The notes beneath the pieces are model-generated. The model was not told the DNA's origin, did not search any database, and worked only from the letters and a program-made list of their open reading frames with translations. Both the position numbers and the translations under genes were made by a program. A stretch of DNA of 64,000 nucleotides from the NCBI GenBank assembly GCA_963761195.1, contig CAVXGA010000012.1, forward strand, positions 96,082 to 160,081. Reading direction: 5' to 3'. Below, one piece after another: positions 26,962 through 37,955 of this stretch. The stretch comes from an uncultured Bacteroidales bacterium (GTDB taxonomy: Bacteria > Bacteroidota > Bacteroidia > Bacteroidales > JAADJA01). Position 1 is the first letter of the stretch, and each line of letters begins with the position of its first letter.

Positions 26962-28524
26962 ATGCAGTTCACTATGAAGCTACCGGTTAAATACATCATT
27001 GTCTTTTGCATTTTAATGTTACATTTCTTGTTTTTGCCTGCTCAGGACGACCCTTTATTAAGAATTGAGATTGACAGCAAATCGGATAATGCAAATTACA
27101 GCCTTGCTTCGTGTCAGGATAAAGGTATATTTTTATTTTATGAAACGACCATAAATCAGGATGGGTACAAATTCTGGGTGTTTGTGTTTTATGATAAATT
27201 TCTACAGGAAGTCTGGAAAAAAGATGTTCCTGTTTTCGAAAATATGATTTATCAAATGAAATCCCTGCATGGCGATTATCTTTATGTTTTGTTTAATATT
27301 CCAGATAAGAAGAAAGTTGATAATTATAATTACCAGGTACTGAAAATAGCCATTGCCGATGGGCATTATGAAATGTTCAGCGGGAAGATTCCTGATCATT
27401 TCTATTTTGTCGATTTTGATGTCCTTGGTGATAATATAATTATTGGGATGAGCGGCGATAATGATAAGTGTGGTATTTATGTGTTAAATATGCTTACAAA
27501 AGAAACCAAACCGGTTTTTGAAATTGACACCGACCGTTCAAAATTAGAAGAACTTTATTTAGATACGATAAACAATACATATTACGGGATTTTTAACATC
27601 CGGACGTCTAAATCAGAATTTTATTTTCAATTAAATGAATTTGATAAAACGGGAGTTAAAATCGGATCTACTGAAATTCAAGCCGAGTCAGGGAAGAAAT
27701 TAAATACAGGTAAACTAATGCATACAACTCAAAATAGTTTACTACTCATTGGCACATACGGGGTTATTAAAGGTAATTCTGTAAACGATAAAGATTACTT
27801 CGATGATCAGGCCGCCGGGTTTTACAGTATATTGATTTCCGGCAATCAGGAACAAGAAGCCCACTATTACAATTTTCTTGAATTAGAAAACATGACCGGT
27901 TACCTGAAAAGTAAAGAGTATTTGCAAGCTAAAAGGAAAGCCGAGAAGGATGAAGAACCGGATAAATACTCCATGAATTTCGATTTGCTTTTACATGACA
28001 TTATTTGCAGTGACAGCCTTTATTATTTAATTGCCGAGGCCTATTATGAAGAATACCGCACTGTGACAAGCACATATTATGATTATTACGGTCATCCTAT
28101 GCCGGTATCTTACTCTGTTTTTGACGGTTATAAATATTTTAATGCATTTATTTCCTGTTTCGATAACAAAGGGATAAAAGTTTGGGATAACGGTATGGAG
28201 ATATTTAATATCCTTACCTTTAATTTAGAGAAACGAGTCTGCACCTTTTTTCCAGATTCAAGCCAAATGGTTCTCACCTATAATCATGATGGGAAAATAG
28301 CAAGTAAAATAATCGACGGTGATAAAACTGTCGAAGGAGTTGATTATTATCCGATCGAAACAACCTATTCCAACGATAAGATAATGGCAGACTCTAAAAG
28401 CAATATTTTTTACTGGTACAATAATTATTTTATTGCTTATGGTTTTCAGACCATTAAAAACAACTCACTTTTAGAAAATAATAAACGAACCGTGTTTTAC
28501 ATCAATAAAGTAGCTTTCCGTTGA
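26962..28524 (+). CDS. Hypothetical secreted protein
   Basis: Signal-like N-terminus and a long intact ORF. No motif recognised. Confidence 0.5.
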   Translation: MQFTMKLPVKYIIVFCILMLHFLFLPAQDDPLLRIEIDSKSDNANYSLASCQDKGIFLFYETTINQDGYKFWVFVFYDKFLQEVWKKDVPVFENMIYQMKSLHGDYLYVLFNIPDKKKVDNYNYQVLKIAIADGHYEMFSGKIPDHFYFVDFDVLGDNIIIGMSGDNDKCGIYVLNMLTKETKPVFEIDTDRSKLEELYLDTINNTYYGIFNIRTSKSEFYFQLNEFDKTGVKIGSTEIQAESGKKLNTGKLMHTTQNSLLLIGTYGVIKGNSVNDKDYFDDQAAGFYSILISGNQEQEAHYYNFLELENMTGYLKSKEYLQAKRKAEKDEEPDKYSMNFDLLLHDIICSDSLYYLIAEAYYEEYRTVTSTYYDYYGHPMPVSYSVFDGYKYFNAFISCFDNKGIKVWDNGMEIFNILTFNLEKRVCTFFPDSSQMVLTYNHDGKIASKIIDGDKTVEGVDYYPIETTYSNDKIMADSKSNIFYWYNNYFIAYGFQTIKNNSLLENNKRTVFYINKVAFR

Positions 28525-28576
28525 TTTTATCGGATTTGCAAAGTCCAAAAGATTGATTTCAACCCAAATGTTCCCG

Positions 28577-29963
28577 TTATATCATTTTCCGCGGATCGAC
28601 CCATTTGCTGAATTCCTCGTCGGTTACATAACCAAGACCCACTGCAGCTTCTCTTAATGTTAAACCTTCCTTATGTGCTTTCTTGGCTATTTCAGCAGCT
28701 TTTTCATACCCGATATGTGTATTTAAAGCCGTAACCAGCATCAATGAGTTTTCCAGATTTTTCTGTATAAAAGGCAGGTTTGGTTCGATGCCAATTGCGC
28801 AATTGTCGTTAAACGAAACACAGGCATCACCTAACAATCGGGCAGCCATTAGAAGGTTATATATCATTACCGGCTTGAACACATTCAGCTGGAAGTGACC
28901 CTGCATTCCCCCAACCGCAATTGCAGCATCGTTGCCGATAACCTGTGCACAAACCATGCTCAATGCCTCATTTTGAGTGGGATTTACTTTTCCCGGCATA
29001 ATCGAAGAACCGGGTTCATTTTCAGGTAGTTTTAGTTCACCAATTCCGCATCGTGGACCGGATGCAAGCATACGGGTATTATTTGCAATATGCATAAGAC
29101 TGACGGCAAGCGTTTTCAATGCTCCAGAAGTTTCAACCATTGCATCATGTGCTGAAAGGGATTCAAATTTATTTGCTGCGGTTCGAAACGGACATCCGGT
29201 TAGTTCTGCAATTTTAGCGGCAACTTTTTCAGAATATCCTGGAGGCGTATTGATCCCTGTACCAACGGCGGTTCCACCCAAAGCAAGCTCTTGCAAATGA
29301 TCAAGGGTATTTATTAACGCTTTTATGCCATGATCGAGCTGCGATGCATATCCGCTGAATTCCTGTCCCAATGTAAGCGGTGTAGCGTCCATAAGATGCG
29401 TACGTCCGGTTTTTACGATATCCTTAAAGTCAGCAGCTTTCTTCTGCCAGGGTTTTCTTTAAAAGTTCGACACCCGGAATGGTCGTTTCAACGATCATCT
29501 TATAGGCTGCAATATGCATTGCGGTAGGGAACGTATCGTTTGATGACTGAGATTTGTTTACATCATCATTGGGATGAATGGTCCGTTTCCCATCACCCAA
29601 TTGTCCGCCATTCAATACATGTGCTCTGTTGGCAATGACCTCATTCATATTCATATTGGATTGTGTACCGGAGCCTGTCTGCCAGATTACCAATGGAAAA
29701 TTATCATCCAGCTTACCTGCCAGAATTTCATCACAAACATCACTAATCAGCTTTGCTTTATCTGCAGAAAGAACACCCAAATCCTTATTGGTAAGGGCTG
29801 CTGCTTTTTTCAGATAGGCAAAGGCCATGATGATTTCTCTGGGCATTGATCCGGGTTCGCCAATCAGAAAATTCATTTTTGACCGCTGGGTTTGAGCACC
29901 CCAGTATTTGTCAGCTGGAACCTCTACAGTTCCCATCGTGTCCTTTTCAATTCTGTAATTCAT
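28577..29963 (-). pseudogene. fumC: Class II fumarate hydratase, split by a frameshift at about 29438-29440
   Basis: The N-terminal part ...[16 protein letters not shown]... ends at EESC*. Skipping one base restores [43 protein letters not shown] is present in the C-terminal part. Confidence 0.9.
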
Positions 29964-30037
29964 AACGTTTAATTTTTTTATAGTTGTAATCCAATTTTTT
30001 CTTTTCTGAATTAATTAGCCATAATTTTTCCCCTGGG

Positions 30038-30391
30038 TTATGTTTTTTGTTCAAATAATATATCTATATTTTCAGGAGGATCGGCCCATACTGCTTTGTA
30101 ATTTTTAACCACAATCGGTCGCTTAATCAGTTTTGGGTTCTCAACCAGAATTTTAATCCACTCATTATCCGTAAATTTCATGGTCTTAAATTGTTTCCGG
30201 TATATATCCTCCTGCATCCGAATAATTTCCTGAGGCTTTGCATTCATTTTAATGAGAATGACTTTCAAATCCTTTTCTGTTAAAGGGTTCTTCAGGTATT
30301 CGACAATTTCATAGGGCTCCCCTTTTTTCGCCAGGTAATTTAAACCGGCTCGCGATTTTTTGCATTTAGGATTGTGGTAAATTTTGATCAT
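30038..30391 (-). CDS. ArsC/Spx-family reductase-like protein (YffB type)
   Basis: MIKIYHNPKCKKSRAGLNYL carries the N-terminal CxxS redox motif. Confidence 0.7.
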   Translation of the reverse strand: MIKIYHNPKCKKSRAGLNYLAKKGEPYEIVEYLKNPLTEKDLKVILIKMNAKPQEIIRMQEDIYRKQFKTMKFTDNEWIKILVENPKLIKRPIVVKNYKAVWADPPENIDILFEQKT

Positions 30392-30459
30392 TTTTTTCTT
30401 TATGATGGGTTACTTAATTTACTGTTGAAACTTTTAATAACTTGACCAAACAGCCATTG

Positions 30460-32625
30460 CTACTCATTTTCAGCTATTGTCATTTCATCAACCAAATGTT
30501 TCGCACCAGCAAATTTATCTATAATAAATAAACAATACCGAATATCGAGGACAATATTTCTGCATTGTTCAGGATCGAAATAGAGATCGCTCATGGTTCC
30601 TTCCCAGCAACGATCGAAATTAAGCCCGATCAGGTTTCCATTTGCGTCCAGCACGGGGCTGCCAGAATTTCCTCCGGATGTGTGATTGGTCGCCAGAAAG
30701 CATACATGCATTGTTCCATCCTGATCACCATATCTTCCGTAATCCTTTTCATAGTAAAGCTCTTTGAGCCTGTTTTCAACAACGTAATCATAGACATCCG
30801 CGTCCTCTTTTTCAATAATGCCTTTCAGCGTCGTAAAATATTCATAATCAACTGCATCTTCAGGCTTATAACCATCCACTTTACCATAGGCTACTCTAAG
30901 CGTTGAATTGGCATCCGGATAAAAAAGCTTCATGGGCTGCATTTCCATTTGGCCTTTCATGTATAGCTGCATCAGACTGTCGGTAGTGAGATTAAGCTGA
31001 CTGATTTTTTTTACAAGTACTTCATTATAATTATTAAATCCTTGAGTCAGTTTATAAACCAGATCCTTTTGAAGCTTCTTCCATGAAGATTTTTTATAGG
31101 AGGTTAGAAAATTATTCATTTTTTCCCGGGATGCAAATAAAGAATGTTCAAAAATTTCTTCTGCAAGCCTATTCATATCCCCCTTGTATCGGCCAGTAAT
31201 TTCACTAAATTCAAGTGGTAAATCCTCTTTTGGATTACTATTATAGTAATCACTCATGAGCGCCACAAAAATCTTTTTATCGATACCAGGCTGATAATCT
31301 TTGTAAAATAAATCTGAAGACCGGATAAGTTTTTGTATACGATCTTCTGTATTTTCCTTTGACTCATCAGTTCTCTTCCCGGCTTCGACCAGGGGTTCAA
31401 ACTGCCGGGCAAAGCGGATGATCTCTACACCAAATCCTGCTTCCCTTATATAAAGTGCACTTTGGTATAACGGACCGAGGTTCTTATAAATCTTTTCGAA
31501 TGCAGGAAGAACGGGACCATATTTATTTTTCAAGTCGGCAGTAGAATTTGCCCACTCCTGAAATGCGGATTCAAATTGCTTTTTATTTTCGATAGCATTG
31601 AGTCTTTTAATACCGCGATCCTCTCCTATTGCCTTTTTCCATCCATTTGCAACAGATGCTTGTTTGGCGGCATATTGAATACGGATCTCACTGCTTTGAT
31701 CCATGCCTTGTTTAAATATTTCTATTCGCTTTCCCCGCAAATTTATCAGCAATGGATTGAGCATATTCACCTGCAGGCTTATCTGACACGAAGGAATGTA
31801 TTCTTCGGTTCGTCCGGGATAGCCAAAAACAAAGGTAAAATCTCCTTGCTGAACGCCATTCAGAGAAATTGCAAGATGCTTTTTAGGATGGTACGGAATA
31901 TTTTCCTGTGAATATTTACAGGGGTTGTTATCTTTATCTGCATAAATTCTGAAAACAGAAAAATCACCCGTATGTCGCGGCCAAATCCAGTTATCGGTAT
32001 CGCCCCCGAATTTTCCGATATCGGAAGGCGGGGCACCAACGAGGCGAACATCTTCAAAAACTTCATTTACAAAGAGGAAATACCGGTTTCCCTCGAAAAA
32101 TGAACGCACAACAGCTTTATAATGAGTACCTTTCACAGCTTCTTTCTTCACAGAATCAATATTCATAGCAATGGTGAACATCCTGTCAGCTTCATTCATC
32201 GTATCAGAAACACCTTCGAGGACGAGGCTTGTAACCTCTTCCATGCGGATCAATAATGTAACGGTTAAACCAGGGTTTGCAAGCTCTTCCGATCGATCCC
32301 TTGCCCAGAATCCATTGGTAAGGTAATCGTTTTCGAGAGATGAATGGGCCTGTATCCGGCTATAACCACAATGGTAATTGGTTAGGATCAGACCTTCATC
32401 CGATACAATTTCTGCCGTACAACCACCTCCGAAAATCAGGATGGCGTCTTTCAGACTCGCATGGTTGATGCTGTAAATATCATCGGCAGTTATATTCATT
32501 CCCATCGACTGCATTTCGGTCTCGTTCAGTTCGCCAAGATAAAGAGGTATCCAAATTCCTTCATCCGAACGCGCTTGCTGTTGAATTAAAAAACAAAAGA
32601 GAATAATGTAAAGAAACTGTTTCAT
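30460..32625 (-). CDS. S46 family dipeptidyl-peptidase (DPP7/DPP11-like)
   Basis: ILTNYHCGY (His) and SGGNSGSPV (Ser). The likely start is MKQFLYIILFCFL at 32625, not the listed 32754. Confidence 0.85.
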   Translation of the reverse strand: MKQFLYIILFCFLIQQQARSDEGIWIPLYLGELNETEMQSMGMNITADDIYSINHASLKDAILIFGGGCTAEIVSDEGLILTNYHCGYSRIQAHSSLENDYLTNGFWARDRSEELANPGLTVTLLIRMEEVTSLVLEGVSDTMNEADRMFTIAMNIDSVKKEAVKGTHYKAVVRSFFEGNRYFLFVNEVFEDVRLVGAPPSDIGKFGGDTDNWIWPRHTGDFSVFRIYADKDNNPCKYSQENIPYHPKKHLAISLNGVQQGDFTFVFGYPGRTEEYIPSCQISLQVNMLNPLLINLRGKRIEIFKQGMDQSSEIRIQYAAKQASVANGWKKAIGEDRGIKRLNAIENKKQFESAFQEWANSTADLKNKYGPVLPAFEKIYKNLGPLYQSALYIREAGFGVEIIRFARQFEPLVEAGKRTDESKENTEDRIQKLIRSSDLFYKDYQPGIDKKIFVALMSDYYNSNPKEDLPLEFSEITGRYKGDMNRLAEEIFEHSLFASREKMNNFLTSYKKSSWKKLQKDLVYKLTQGFNNYNEVLVKKISQLNLTTDSLMQLYMKGQMEMQPMKLFYPDANSTLRVAYGKVDGYKPEDAVDYEYFTTLKGIIEKEDADVYDYVVENRLKELYYEKDYGRYGDQDGTMHVCFLATNHTSGGNSGSPVLDANGNLIGLNFDRCWEGTMSDLYFDPEQCRNIVLDIRYCLFIIDKFAGAKHLVDEMTIAENE

Positions 32626-32863
32626 TTTAAATGGAAATTGATAACCGCAAATATAGTTAATTGAGTTACTAATTTTCTTCAACTTCGTTTTTAATGCCGA
32701 GAAAAAATAAGGCAAATGACTAATTTGAGTCGTAAAAATTTCATTCCTTTCCAACGATTAACTATTTTTGTATAAATGTTAGGTATCAACTGAACGGAAA
32801 AATTTCTCCAATGATCCTTTGTATCCAATGATATAATAGCGTAACAATATAAACAGTAAGCCA

Positions 32864-33559
32864 ATGAAAACAACAATTACAAAAATAGTTTCCGGACTTT
32901 TATTCCTTTACGCTTTGTTTTCGGTAGCAGGGAATCTGATTGCACAGGACGAGTGCAAAGTGCTTAAACCTGAAATCAGCGGTACGTATACTGGCAAATG
33001 TAAAAAGGGGCTTGCAAATGGGAAAGGCAAAGCTGTTGGTGCCGACATCTATGAAGGACAGTTCAGGGATGGCTTGCCATCAGGCAAGGGAACCTATACC
33101 TGGGCAAATGGCGATATCTATAATGGTGAATGGAAAGAAGGATACAGAGATGGTAAAGGCTCCTATAAATTTAAAGTGGGTGACAAAGATTCTACGCTAA
33201 CCGGATTATGGATCCAGGACCAGTATTACGGTCCCATGCCAATTGCTCCAAGAGTGATTAGCAAGACCAGCATTGACCGTTATACAATTTACAAACAAAG
33301 CGACATCAAATATCGGGTTTTAATTGATTTCATGCAAAATGGAATGAGAAACACCGGGATCACAAATTTACTGATGTCTACTTCCAACGGCACGGAAACT
33401 ACACTTGGTAACTTGATTGGGTATGATTACATCACCTTTCCGGTTAGGATTAAAGTTTCATATATTACCCCGAACAAGTTGCACACTACGACGTTTCATG
33501 CAGATTTTGAGTTCGAAATAAGTGAGCCGGGTGACTGGCGGGTTGAAATCACCAATTAA
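32864..33559 (+). CDS. MORN-repeat protein, secreted
   Basis: YEGQFRDGLPSGKGTYTWANGDIYNGEWKEGYRDGKGSY. Confidence 0.7.
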   Translation: MKTTITKIVSGLLFLYALFSVAGNLIAQDECKVLKPEISGTYTGKCKKGLANGKGKAVGADIYEGQFRDGLPSGKGTYTWANGDIYNGEWKEGYRDGKGSYKFKVGDKDSTLTGLWIQDQYYGPMPIAPRVISKTSIDRYTIYKQSDIKYRVLIDFMQNGMRNTGITNLLMSTSNGTETTLGNLIGYDYITFPVRIKVSYITPNKLHTTTFHADFEFEISEPGDWRVEITN

Positions 33560-33819
33560 CCTGGCCCGGCAATTTCCATTACAGTTTTATGTTGTAAAAT
33601 TTGACAATCCACTCGAAAACATTCAACGGATTTTTGACCCTGGTCAAAGTCAAATGCTTTTTATTTTTGTTTATTTTTTGTAGGATATTGGTTTGGGATT
33701 AAATGACATTTAAATCCATTTTCAAATTAAGCTATGTGATAATTATTAGGTTAGGATCAGGTATCATTTAAAATAGCACAATAAAAACAGAATAAAAAAT
33801 TGTAAATTATATTCAAGTT

Positions 33820-34233
33820 ATGAAAAGAAAAGCAACAGCCGTATGGCAGGGAACAGGAAAAGAAGGCAAAGGCCATCTTTCAACACAAAGTGGTATTTTA
33901 AACAAGACTCAATATTCGTATAGTTCCCGTTTTGAAGAAGGCATCGGAACGAATCCTGAAGAATTGGTAGCTGCAGCACATGCCGGTTGTTTTACCATGA
34001 AACTGAGTTTTAACCTGACTGAAGCAGGCTTTGTAGCAGACAATCTTGAAACAACCTGTACAGTTACACTTGAAAACGGGGCGATCACAACCTCCCACCT
34101 TGAACTGACTGCGCACGTTAAAGGAATTGATAGCGCGAAATTTGAGGAGCTTGTAAAAGATGCTGAAAAGAACTGCCCGATCTCGAAAACGCTGAATTCA
34201 AAAATATCAGTGGTTTTTAAATTGAATCCTTAA
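33820..34233 (+). CDS. osmC: OsmC-family peroxiredoxin
   Basis: AAAHAGCFTMKL and EKNCPISK provide the two conserved Cys. Confidence 0.85.
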   Translation: MKRKATAVWQGTGKEGKGHLSTQSGILNKTQYSYSSRFEEGIGTNPEELVAAAHAGCFTMKLSFNLTEAGFVADNLETTCTVTLENGAITTSHLELTAHVKGIDSAKFEELVKDAEKNCPISKTLNSKISVVFKLNP

Positions 34234-34273
34234 AAACTTTTGGAGATTTTCTGATTTTCTGAATTAAAGGGCT

Positions 34274-36217
34274 TTAATCCACAACCTTAAATTCTGTTCT
34301 TCGGTTATTGGCTCTGCCGGTTTCTGTTTGGTTTGTATCAAGAGGCTGGGTCTCACCATAACCTTTAAAGCTTAAGCGTGATGGATCAATTCCATTTCCA
34401 ATAAGATAATTATAAACTGCCTTTGCCCGGTTCTCTGACAAAATCTGGTTATATTGAGGGGTTCCCACATTATCGGTATGGCCTCCGATCTCGATTTTTA
34501 ATGCAGGGTTTTTGGTCAGCAATTCAGTCAGTTTCTGCAGTTCGACCTTCGAAGCATCCTTCAGTTCATATTTATCAGTCTCGAAAAAAATATTTTTCAG
34601 GATCACTTTGGCACCTGTTTTAAGTTTTTCAAGTGGAATATCCTTTAAAACAGGATCTGTCGAAGGGTTTTCGCCTTCAAGATTAAAGTTTTCGGAATAA
34701 AACAAATAGCCTTCCTTAGAGACTGTCAGTGCATAGTCGTGATGTGCCGGCAGACAAACAAGAAATTCACCGTTTCCTTCGTTTGAAAAGGATTGTACAG
34801 CAAGTTTCCCGGAATTCAAGTCCGTTAGTTCGAAGCGGGCTTCCAGTTTTTCACCACTTTCTTTATCGTAAACGGTGCCTTTCATATAGGTAACCGGCTG
34901 CGGACGGGCACTTTCATACAATTCAAAACTGTACAGATCGAGACCCCCAAACCCATCCTTCCTGTCGGAAGCAAGCATGGCCAGCTTTCCATTAGCGCTT
35001 ATCAAAATACTGTTTTCATCTTTAAATGTATTGATGGGATATCCGAGGTTAACAGGAACACCCCAATTGCCAGCGCTATCCCTGCGACTTACAAATATGT
35101 CCAAACCACCCATTCCGGTATGACCATCCGATGAAAAATAAAGTGTCTGGTTATCAGGATGGATGAACACAGAGCCTTCATAACCATCCGTATTTATGTT
35201 GTCTCCCAGTTTTACGGGTATACCCCACTCACCTTCACCGGTCATAACCGAACACCAGATATCGTAATTGTTATCGCGGTTGCTCACGTAATAAATTGTT
35301 TTCCCATCTGATGAAAGTGAAGGCTGCGACTCCCAATGCCTTGAATTGACCGGTGCACCAATATTATAAGGCACCGACCAGTTATTCCCAACTTTTTTTG
35401 ATGCAAACAGATCGCATCTTCCGTAACCTTGCCTGTCACTGCCATAACCGTTTACACTTTCACACGCAGTAAAGATCAGCATATTCCCGTCGGCTGAGAG
35501 CGTAGGTGCGCCTTCATTATAAATGGTATTGATGGGCGGTCCTATGGAAACGGCAGGCTGCCATTCACCATTAAGGAAATTGCTCACAAAAAAATCCTCC
35601 TGCCTGCCGGATGGTGCGTTTTTATCTTTCAGCAACCGGGTAAAGAGCAGGGTTTGGTTGTCAGCAGTAAGGCAGGGGAAATAATCATCCTGAGCTGAAT
35701 TGACATTTTTACCCAGATTCACCGGATGAAATGGTACCGGATTTTGGATAGCTTTCATGGCAAACTCGCAACTCTCCAAATTTTTCGAGGCTTTTAACTG
35801 GTTTTTCTCATACAATCCGGGATAACCCAGGTACGATTTGTAATGTTCGAACGCATCCCTGTACCAACCGTTTTTATATTCAAGGTTGGCCACTATAAAA
35901 AAAGCAGCAGGAAATTTGTCAGGAGCAATTTCTACTGCTTTTTTATAATATACAACGGCAGCAGAGTCACTTTTATCCTGCTCGTACATATCGCCCAGCA
36001 TCATGTAAGCTTCATAAAAATTTGGGTCTTCTTCAATCGCTTTTTTAAATGAAATTTCTGCTTCCGTTGAATTCTGGTGCTTCAAATATAGTTCACCGGC
36101 TTCGTAAAACTTTTTAGCCTTTTTGGATTTAGAGGATAGATCGTACACCTGTGATTTACAAACCAATGGGAGAATAATCAACAAGAGAATAATAAATTTT
36201 ACAGAGTTAGGAAGCAT
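34274..36217 (-). CDS. OmpA-family envelope protein with N-terminal TPR and a TolB-like beta-propeller
   Basis: TPR units at the N-terminus, repeated WD40-like PD40 segments, and a C-terminal GHTDNVG...NRRTEFKVV. Confidence 0.8.
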   Translation of the reverse strand: MLPNSVKFIILLLIILPLVCKSQVYDLSSKSKKAKKFYEAGELYLKHQNSTEAEISFKKAIEEDPNFYEAYMMLGDMYEQDKSDSAAVVYYKKAVEIAPDKFPAAFFIVANLEYKNGWYRDAFEHYKSYLGYPGLYEKNQLKASKNLESCEFAMKAIQNPVPFHPVNLGKNVNSAQDDYFPCLTADNQTLLFTRLLKDKNAPSGRQEDFFVSNFLNGEWQPAVSIGPPINTIYNEGAPTLSADGNMLIFTACESVNGYGSDRQGYGRCDLFASKKVGNNWSVPYNIGAPVNSRHWESQPSLSSDGKTIYYVSNRDNNYDIWCSVMTGEGEWGIPVKLGDNINTDGYEGSVFIHPDNQTLYFSSDGHTGMGGLDIFVSRRDSAGNWGVPVNLGYPINTFKDENSILISANGKLAMLASDRKDGFGGLDLYSFELYESARPQPVTYMKGTVYDKESGEKLEARFELTDLNSGKLAVQSFSNEGNGEFLVCLPAHHDYALTVSKEGYLFYSENFNLEGENPSTDPVLKDIPLEKLKTGAKVILKNIFFETDKYELKDASKVELQKLTELLTKNPALKIEIGGHTDNVGTPQYNQILSENRAKAVYNYLIGNGIDPSRLSFKGYGETQPLDTNQTETGRANNRRTEFKVVD

Positions 36218-36327
36218 CCTTTACAGTTTATGGAAAATCAAAAATACAATTTCCTGATAAGATCAATACATTAATATAGTAAACTTTTGCCGGCAATTTT
36301 CATCAGTTGACAATGACGTTGTTTTCT

Positions 36328-36969
36328 TCATGGAATTCGCATGTATTTATGGCTTTGCAATGATATTTGCCATTTTGGATTCTTCTTTACATACTCAACA
36401 ATCGATTGCATCATATTTTCTCTTTTACTCCACTCGGGTTGAAGAAATAGCTTGCATTCATCAGAAAGTTTGCTGATATTTTTTTCCGCCCAGTCAAAAT
36501 CTCCTTTTGATTGAATAATCACTTTGTATTCGCTGGCTCTGGAATATATTTCAGGCAGAGGAGGACTGTTTTTCTTCGGTGAAAGACAGATCCAATCCCA
36601 GGTTCCACTAAGCGGATGTGAGCCTGAAGTTTCGAGGTATGTTTTGATTCCTCTGTTTTTTAATTCCGAGCACAAGTAATCAAGGTTATACATTAAGGGC
36701 TCTCCACCGGTAACGACGACGGATTTTGCTACACAGGTCTCTATTCTTTTCACAATTTCATCAGTAGAAGTCAGTGGCCAAATTTCAGCATTCCACGATT
36801 CTTTAACATCGCACCAGCTACAGCCGACATCGCATCCTCCAATCCGGGTAAAATAAGCAGGCTTTCCCGAATGAAAACCTTCTCCCTGAATGGTGTAAAA
36901 ATCTTCCATTAAGGGGAGCGCATGACCGTTTTTAAGCGATTTAATATTTGTCAAATGGCTGTCAGTCAT
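36328..36969 (-). CDS. queE: 7-carboxy-7-deazaguanine synthase (radical SAM)
   Basis: FTRIGGCDVGCSWCD gives the CX3CX2C cluster. The size and layout are typical of QueE. Confidence 0.8.
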   Translation of the reverse strand: MTDSHLTNIKSLKNGHALPLMEDFYTIQGEGFHSGKPAYFTRIGGCDVGCSWCDVKESWNAEIWPLTSTDEIVKRIETCVAKSVVVTGGEPLMYNLDYLCSELKNRGIKTYLETSGSHPLSGTWDWICLSPKKNSPPLPEIYSRASEYKVIIQSKGDFDWAEKNISKLSDECKLFLQPEWSKRENMMQSIVEYVKKNPKWQISLQSHKYMRIP

Positions 36970-36975
36970 AAATTA

Positions 36976-37917
36976 TTAATCATCTGGAAGAAGTTTGATG
37001 ATCTTCTCCACGTTGAGAATGTAAACAGCCTGCTTAAATTCTTTTGTCTGTTCATTTGAAAAAAGGATATTTTCGTCATCCATCCAGCAAATTCCTTCTG
37101 TTTGTCCGCCTGTCATTCTGTTCAGGTTGAACCGGTAAACTTTATCAGTACCCAAAGAAATGCCATTAAAATTTTTAAAATAATAGATGAACGGTACATA
37201 ATCTTTATACCCGATTAAAACTAAAGTTCTTGTATTAATATTGTAATCTGCACCAGTCACAAGACCATCAACATCAAATGAGGCAACCGGCGCAATTGAA
37301 TAATCACCGGTAACTTTTGATAATTTGTACATCCGTGTTTCATTATCTGCCCGGTCTTTCGAAAAAATGATGAGAGAATCGCCGAAATTAATCAGTGATT
37401 CGCAGTCAAAATTGTGGGATCGGGTTTTCTCAAAAGACAATTGGTCGGTGTACGAAAAAGAAATCACCGTGGCTTGAAGACTTACTTTATTACTTTTCTT
37501 TATTTCCTTTTTATCGATTTTATAAATTTTAAGATCTTTTCTAACCCCTTTATTATTCCCAAAATCACCTACATAAATGAAATCGTCGTCTTGTGTAATA
37601 TCTTCCCAGTCAATGTTGGTAGCATTAGCAAGAGAAATAGTCTGAATTATTTTACCTGAATTCTTGTCAATTCGGTAAATTTCAGGTTTCCCACCACTGT
37701 CGTTGAATGTCAGAACCGACTGTTCAAACCATATCAATCCAGAGGTTTCATTTACAATCGTATCGATATCCGAAAATTTTTCAGGTATTACAGGATATTC
37801 AATAATTGTATAGAGCTCTTTTCCCTGCTGGGCAATTAATTGGGGGAATGAAAGAATTATACTGAAAATAAAAAGCAGAAATGGTTTAATTAAAGTGGAT
37901 ACCATCGAACCATTCAT
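36976..37917 (-). CDS. Hypothetical secreted beta-propeller-like protein
   Basis: Signal-like segment LIKPFLLFIFSIILSF and the motif NIDWEDITQDDDFIYVGDFGNN. The start is uncertain (37905-37959). Confidence 0.5.
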   Translation of the reverse strand: MNGSMVSTLIKPFLLFIFSIILSFPQLIAQQGKELYTIIEYPVIPEKFSDIDTIVNETSGLIWFEQSVLTFNDSGGKPEIYRIDKNSGKIIQTISLANATNIDWEDITQDDDFIYVGDFGNNKGVRKDLKIYKIDKKEIKKSNKVSLQATVISFSYTDQLSFEKTRSHNFDCESLINFGDSLIIFSKDRADNETRMYKLSKVTGDYSIAPVASFDVDGLVTGADYNINTRTLVLIGYKDYVPFIYYFKNFNGISLGTDKVYRFNLNRMTGGQTEGICWMDDENILFSNEQTKEFKQAVYILNVEKIIKLLPDD

Positions 37918-37955
37918 TTTGAGATTAAAATTCTGAGAATAAAAACAAGAATGGA

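Noticed and set aside
29330-29849. + strand ORFs across the fumC junction (29330-29527, 29574-29849, 29578-29817)
   Set aside because: All are antisense to the fumarase reading frames, and the split is explained by one frameshift.
33634-33650. Palindrome TTTGACC-ct-GGTCAAA between the MORN gene and osmC, as a MarR/OhrR-type operator
   Set aside because: It is short (7-bp arms), single-copy, about 170 nt from the osmC start, and there is no regulator gene nearby. The support is insufficient.
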